A DNA stretch of 63,723 nucleotides, the filler included, from Olpidium bornovanus S191 (taxonomy: Eukaryota; Fungi; Olpidiomycota), in the NCBI GenBank assembly GCA_017911155.1. It is 27 parts of 27 records of this genome, joined end to end, with 100 filler letters (N's around TTAATTAATTAA, not from the genome) between each part and the next. Parts side by side here need not be neighbours in the genome. Positions count along the whole stretch, not along the records: positions 58,755 to 61,885 come from JAEFCI010011349.1; positions 61,986 to 63,723 come from JAEFCI010013137.1; 25 more parts are not named here. One strand, given 5' to 3'. Both the position numbers and the translations under genes were made by a program. Under the pieces are notes generated by a model. It searched no databases. It saw only the letters and a list, made by a program, of their open reading frames with translations, and had not been told where the DNA came from. The first letter of the stretch is position 1. Every line of letters starts with the position of its first letter. Positions 58,755-63,723 of this stretch are shown piece after piece.

Positions 58755-60190
58755 CATGGACGTGCTCTGGCCTGCAAGTCATTGACGGCAGAATTTGAAT
58801 CACAGCATCGTATACCTTGGTGCGAGATTACAACCGTGTGAGCGGCTGGACTGACCAAAACCCAGTCTAGGAAACTCTGGCAGCCTACCCTACTGGCGTG
58901 ATGATTCTGAAAATTCTTGACGCCACGAATTGTTTCATCAAGCAACTCGTCCCGCGTCGGTCCCACGGAGTTATCATCGTACGCAAAGTGCATTAACAAT
59001 TGCACTGCATTTCGTGCGTTATCTAACGCGTACTCCAAAAGAGCAGCCAAGGCGCATGTCAACTGTTTCGTCGGGCCGTGCACAAGTGCGGTCAATGCTT
59101 CCAGCTACGTTGAAAAAAACCAATCCACTTCCACTTAAAATCGAACATGCCTCGTCCTTTGCGGGCAAGCTCAGGCATCCACTGCGTATTCCTGATTGCC
59201 CACCTGGCGAGAAGGCCATCAGTGAGCAGTGTGCGCTTGACCGGATACCCAAAAACGGCATAAACCGTACCACTAGCAGGGAATGACGCCCGCTGGCAAA
59301 TGACCGCTTCCGATAGTTCCCGACACTCTGACTCGGCGAAGCGCGCTGACGTTGTGCCCTCGGACATCCAGACGCCTCCTTGGCCGCCGTTGCCAATCGC
59401 CGTTACTTGCGAAGCTGAGGGTTTCGCACTGCCAGAGGTCAATTTCCGTAGCTCACGGAGCTACGCAACGCTGGTTAGGTGGACGTTGTTTGAAGCTTCT
59501 GTGTTTCTCAATTCTCGTCCAGAACTCACCGACTTGAGCTGCCGAGTGAGGTCGTCTATCTTCCTGTTCTTAGATGCAACGTCTGACTGTAGCCTACTGA
59601 CCTAGCGGGCGGAAACAAAACGAAAAAATTTGAAGTTGGCGGAAAGCGGCACGCTACGCGAGTTCAATCCCCTTACCAAACGCACCGCTTCCCGCAGTGT
59701 CCGGTTCGAATCGCACAATGCCTTCGCTCTCTTTTGAGCTTTCGCACTATCCTGGCGGATATTGACAAGCTGCATATTGAGATCCGCAATCTCCGCCGTG
59801 TACATCCGACTTTCTTTCTTGATTACATGTGCGGCGGTAGAAACCTCAGCTGGCCGAATGGCTTGCACAGTATACCGACAAAGTCTCAAAAGCTCGTGGA
59901 TTCCTGACCATTCGCACGCTCCGCGCTACTTTTTGCCGTACGCTTCGCGTCGTAGTTCCAGTTCTTGTAAAACTGTTCCGCATCTCCAATGTCGGCCTCC
60001 CGCTCCCGAAGCTCCCGCTCCCACGAACGCAGGTAAACATGGCGTTTCTGATTATTGCAGCGAGGTTTAGCTGACTCGAAATCACGTAAAGAACACCAAG
60101 CAAACGATGACCACCCTGGAAGTGCCTTAGACACCTTAAGAAAGTCCGCCAACTCGACCAGTTCTTGATTGACTTGGAGCAAAGTCATGC
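58755..60190 (-). CDS. Multi-exon coiled-coil hypothetical protein
   Basis: Several protein-like segments: WERELREREADIGDAEQF; EIADLNMQLVNIRQDSAKAQKRAKAL; LLEYALDNARNAVQLL. Confidence 0.4.
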
Positions 60191-61283
60191 TGTCGACAAC
60201 GTCACTAGGTTGGATATGTCACACTTTATTGGTAAAAGAAGCTGGGGGATGTACGCTGAGTGGAACGAACGACCTGTTCATCAGACCTTATATCCGAGAC
60301 ATGGCCGTTTTTCCCGCGTGCAGAACACGTGATGGGCGACTTTCGCCGACCGCCTGTCCTTCTCCTGCCCTTAACCGCCGCCTTGATTTCCGGAGAACAG
60401 CCCTGTTCTTTGACAGACTGCGGAGAACGGCTCTGCTCTGCGACAGAACTTCGCGGCACACTGTAGCTGCAGCTTTCACAACCAGAAACGACGACCGGGG
60501 ATGCTTCGCAGGTGGAAAGTTTGCGTTGGCGCCGCCGGCGTTGACGGCATTGGTATTTTCCCGTTCCGTGCGGCGCGCGCGCTTCGCTGGACCGATCCCG
60601 GAGGAGCCCTTCGAGAAGGTCGCCGACTTCGTCGGTGCTACCGTCGGCCTCTTCAGGTGGTTTTTTTTTCGAAAAGGGTAACGAGTGAGAGAACGCGCTA
60701 GCAGACAGACCTCTTTCTCCAAACAACTTGCACACGCGCAGTACGTTTGGGGCGCAATTCCGGCGAAGCCTTGTCCGGAGTTGCGGCGCTTGGCGCCGGG
60801 CAGGCGCGGGGTAACAGTTGCGCATTACGCGATCCGAGCGGGGCCCGCGGGCGAGCCGTGCCGGTCCCTGACGGCGCCGCCGCGCCCTTGTTCTGCGGCA
60901 GGCGCCGCTCGTCCTGGTACCCGAGAGAAAGCCGACGTTCAGCAAAAAGGGGGAAGGCTCCCTTGGAGCCTCCTCTCTTCCCGCCGGAAAGCGCGCCGAA
61001 ACCGGGCGCGCGCAAAAGCTCCTGACACGACTGACGGACCTCGCCTTCGCGCCCCGACGCGATCAAAAAGTCCAAGTAGCGCAGGCCGTCGGTTGCGGAC
61101 AGCTCGCCGGGAAAGGAGTCCGAAGACCGGCTTCCTGAGACGGGAGACAGGACCATTAGGGCGGGGGCGGGCGAAGAGGTGGGTGGAGGCGGATTCGGGC
61201 TGAAATTTCTGATCTGCGGGCGCCGCGGTTTTTTCGGCCCCTATCCCGCCGCAACGCTTCCCCGCTCCCCACCCCACTTTCGT

Positions 61284-61315
<32 letters not shown>

Positions 61316-63723
61316 CCGGAACTGGGAAGGACGGGAAGCACTCGGGACGCAAGGTTGGCAAGAGAAGAAAGTTCGTTGGATTATCACAGGACTATGAAGT
61401 CTAGGGCCCTTTGTAGTGTTCGTCTCCTAATCGTCTCCACGTAGAACGAAAGGGCTCGCTGCGCGCAACGCGAGTACGCACACGGGATACGAATCAGCCA
61501 TCCCATCTATCGCTTTCTTCCGCTCGGAGGACCCCGCCGAGGGTCTTTCGGGCGCGTTTTCCTTCTTTTTCTGACACCTGGGCTGATGATACAGGGCTAC
61601 CTGGAATGATGTCATACGCCCTTGCAGACCCCCCCCCCCCTCACCCCCATCTGTTACATATTATAGACAGCCGGAATATAACTGATGCTTGCTCGCAACG
61701 AGATTTTTCTCATACCTGTTAACGATTATTTTTTAGAGGGCCGCCGCAATGCGCATGCATATAGCATGGCATAACATAGTGTACCCAGTACAATATGGGG
61801 CCCAACGGCTACGTTCCAATGTGCAGAAATTCAGGGCCGGCGGCCAGTAGCCGGAAGAAGAGTGGTCCGCGGCAGTCCAGCTGCCNNNNNNNNNNNNNNN
61901 NNNNNNNNNNNNNNNNNNNNNNNNNNNNNTTAATTAATTAANNNNNNNNNNNNNNNNNNNNNNNNNNNNNNNNNNNNNNNNNNNNATTTGCCGCGCCATC
62001 TTCCCGACCATTGTCGGCACCGAATGGCAGAGACTGGAACCGGATGAACTCCAAACCCGGTTTTGGGTTGAAGTCCGGTTCGCGGAAGATTGGCTGCGCC
62101 TCCGCGTCGAGAAATAACTGCACGCGGCATGGGAATTCGCTTTGTGGAAATACGCGTGGTCACGCCTACCGCCGGTAGCGTGTTTTACCCACACGAGTGC
62201 CCAATTACAGTGATTTTCTCTTGTGATGTTCGTACACCAACGTTATGGAGTCAAGGCGTCAAACGCGTGGGCGTCGAGGGGTGGTTTAAAAACGCGCTGA
62301 AAAAGACCAAGGAAAAAGATCGGGGAAAAAGAAGGGTTTCTAAACAGAAAGGGCAGTTTGTCAATCCCTCCAATAGCTCACAGTGCTCATGCGGGCCGAA
62401 TACGTCTCGCACCCCGCCAAGTCCCTCCCCCCACAAAAAAAAACCAGGAATAAAAAACGCATACGCCGTCCCCTAATTCACACCGTGCCCGCCAAACCCG
62501 TCGGCGCCGCTCTAAATGCAGAATCGGCAAAGGAAAAAAAATATGCAATGCTGTCCAGCCTGCTGTTCTTAATCACCGGGAATTTGCCAGTTGGAAGACA
62601 CTTTCATCGCTCCCTTTTCTCACAAACCCAGAAAGAAACACCTGCCCAAACACCACGACAAACACAAACCCAAAACAGAAATTCAAAAGGTGCGTGAGGA
62701 GGAGCAGGAGGGGGAGGAGCGGAAGGAGGAGCAGGAGGGGGAGGAAAAGGAGGGCATTTTGTCTGTTTTTGCTGAAAAATCTAGCGGCGACCCTTCAGTT
62801 CATACAAAAGTGATATAATCTCGTCTTTTAGCTTGAGTTGCTGCTTGAGGCATTCAGTATCCTTCAATTTTTTATTTCGAAAACGCGGAAATGTTAGAGA
62901 CGAGTCCCGATGTATCCGCAGCATTTTTAAACGCTAGTGACCCACGTCGCAATTGCGTTTACAGGGCAGGTCGCGGGGCGGGGACTGCGGGGCGGCCGGC
63001 TTGGCGGCGGGGAGGCCGGCCCCCCTATAGCCGTCGGCGGCGCGCGGCGCGCGGTGTCCCAGAGGCCAACGGGACGCGTCAGCCATCCAGTTTGGCAACA
63101 GAAGGCCACAGTTTTAGCCGCGCCGGGCGGCAGGGGACTGGCGGCTTGGGGAGGCGGCGGGGTCCGGGTGGCGGGCCGGCTCGGCGGGGCGGCAGCTTGC
63201 TGGCGACGGCGGGGACTTGGAGGGAGGGGACGGCGGGCGCTGCTGCGCATGCCGGCGGCGTGTCAGCCATCCAGCTTGGTAACGGAAGGAAGCGTCCACA
63301 CGCAGGTCCTTACCGTTTTCTTGGAAGGCGTTTGGGCGGCGGACGGGGCGGGCGGGTGGGTGTGAGGGAAAGCGGGGAGCGCAGGCGTTTTTGCTTTCCC
63401 TCCCCCGCCCTCGGCCCCCTCCCGCTTCCCCTTCGGCTTACGCTTTTCCTTTTCCGGGGAAGACCAAAAAGAAACCGGAAGAGACCAGAAAGGGAAAGTC
63501 CGTCACAAGTTTCGGGCCAATTCGCCAACCACCGTTCTCCTGTGCTGCAGCGCCTTTTGCCGGTATCAATATCACTTCAGCGAGACCAAGACCAACGGAA
63601 CGAAAAAAATGGTTATCGCAGCGGTCTGGGCTGCAAAAACAAGACGAGCAGTGAAAGGAACTTCTGCGATGTACTTGGTACATTTCGTTTACAGTAAAAA
63701 AGTATACAGACAAGAACCTGCAC

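Noticed and set aside
2872-61985. Regularly recurring TTAATTAATTAA within N runs as a CRISPR-like or biological repeat
   Set aside because: Identical 100-nt six-frame-stop linker used to concatenate contigs.
61986-63723. Several short protein-like segments in the last contig
   Set aside because: Could not be linked into a consistent gene model or assigned to a family.
1-63723. rRNA, tRNA, snRNA, CRISPR or prokaryotic defence systems
   Set aside because: No recognisable signatures by eye. Covariance-model searches (Infernal/tRNAscan-SE) would be needed to exclude small ncRNAs.

Overview
This is not one locus. It is 27 short contigs (about 1.1-7 kb) of an intron-rich, GC-rich eukaryotic genome joined by 26 artificial 100-nt spacers (44 N + TTAATTAATTAA + 44 N), so no synteny can be inferred across spacers. 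The genes are fungal-type. An ARMC2/PF27-like flagellar fragment points to a zoosporic early-diverging fungus; Olpidium/chytrid-like is my inference, not a database result. Recognisable, mostly partial, spliced genes: a secreted VWA + Thr-rich mucin-like protein, a FUSC/aromatic-acid-exporter-like transporter, TFIIIA, a J-domain protein, YRA1/ALYREF, a DYRK1-like kinase, ARMC2, a GLTSCR1-domain protein, Syn8-like and Pep12-like SNAREs, a PSD2-like C2 region, a triple-SH3 adaptor, an arrestin-like protein and an SP-RING protein. Many degenerate retroelements are present (copia, gypsy, LINE, Ginger-like integrase). I see no CRISPR array, rRNA or tRNA. Best leads: the VWA-mucin adhesin candidate; an 810-nt stop-free intron at the position of the autoregulatory yeast YRA1 intron; a ~110-bp-LTR family with an atypical primer-binding site; and a strong excess of CATG at contig ends, probably technical. 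I found no evidence for a multi-gene novel system. All family calls come from manual motif recognition.
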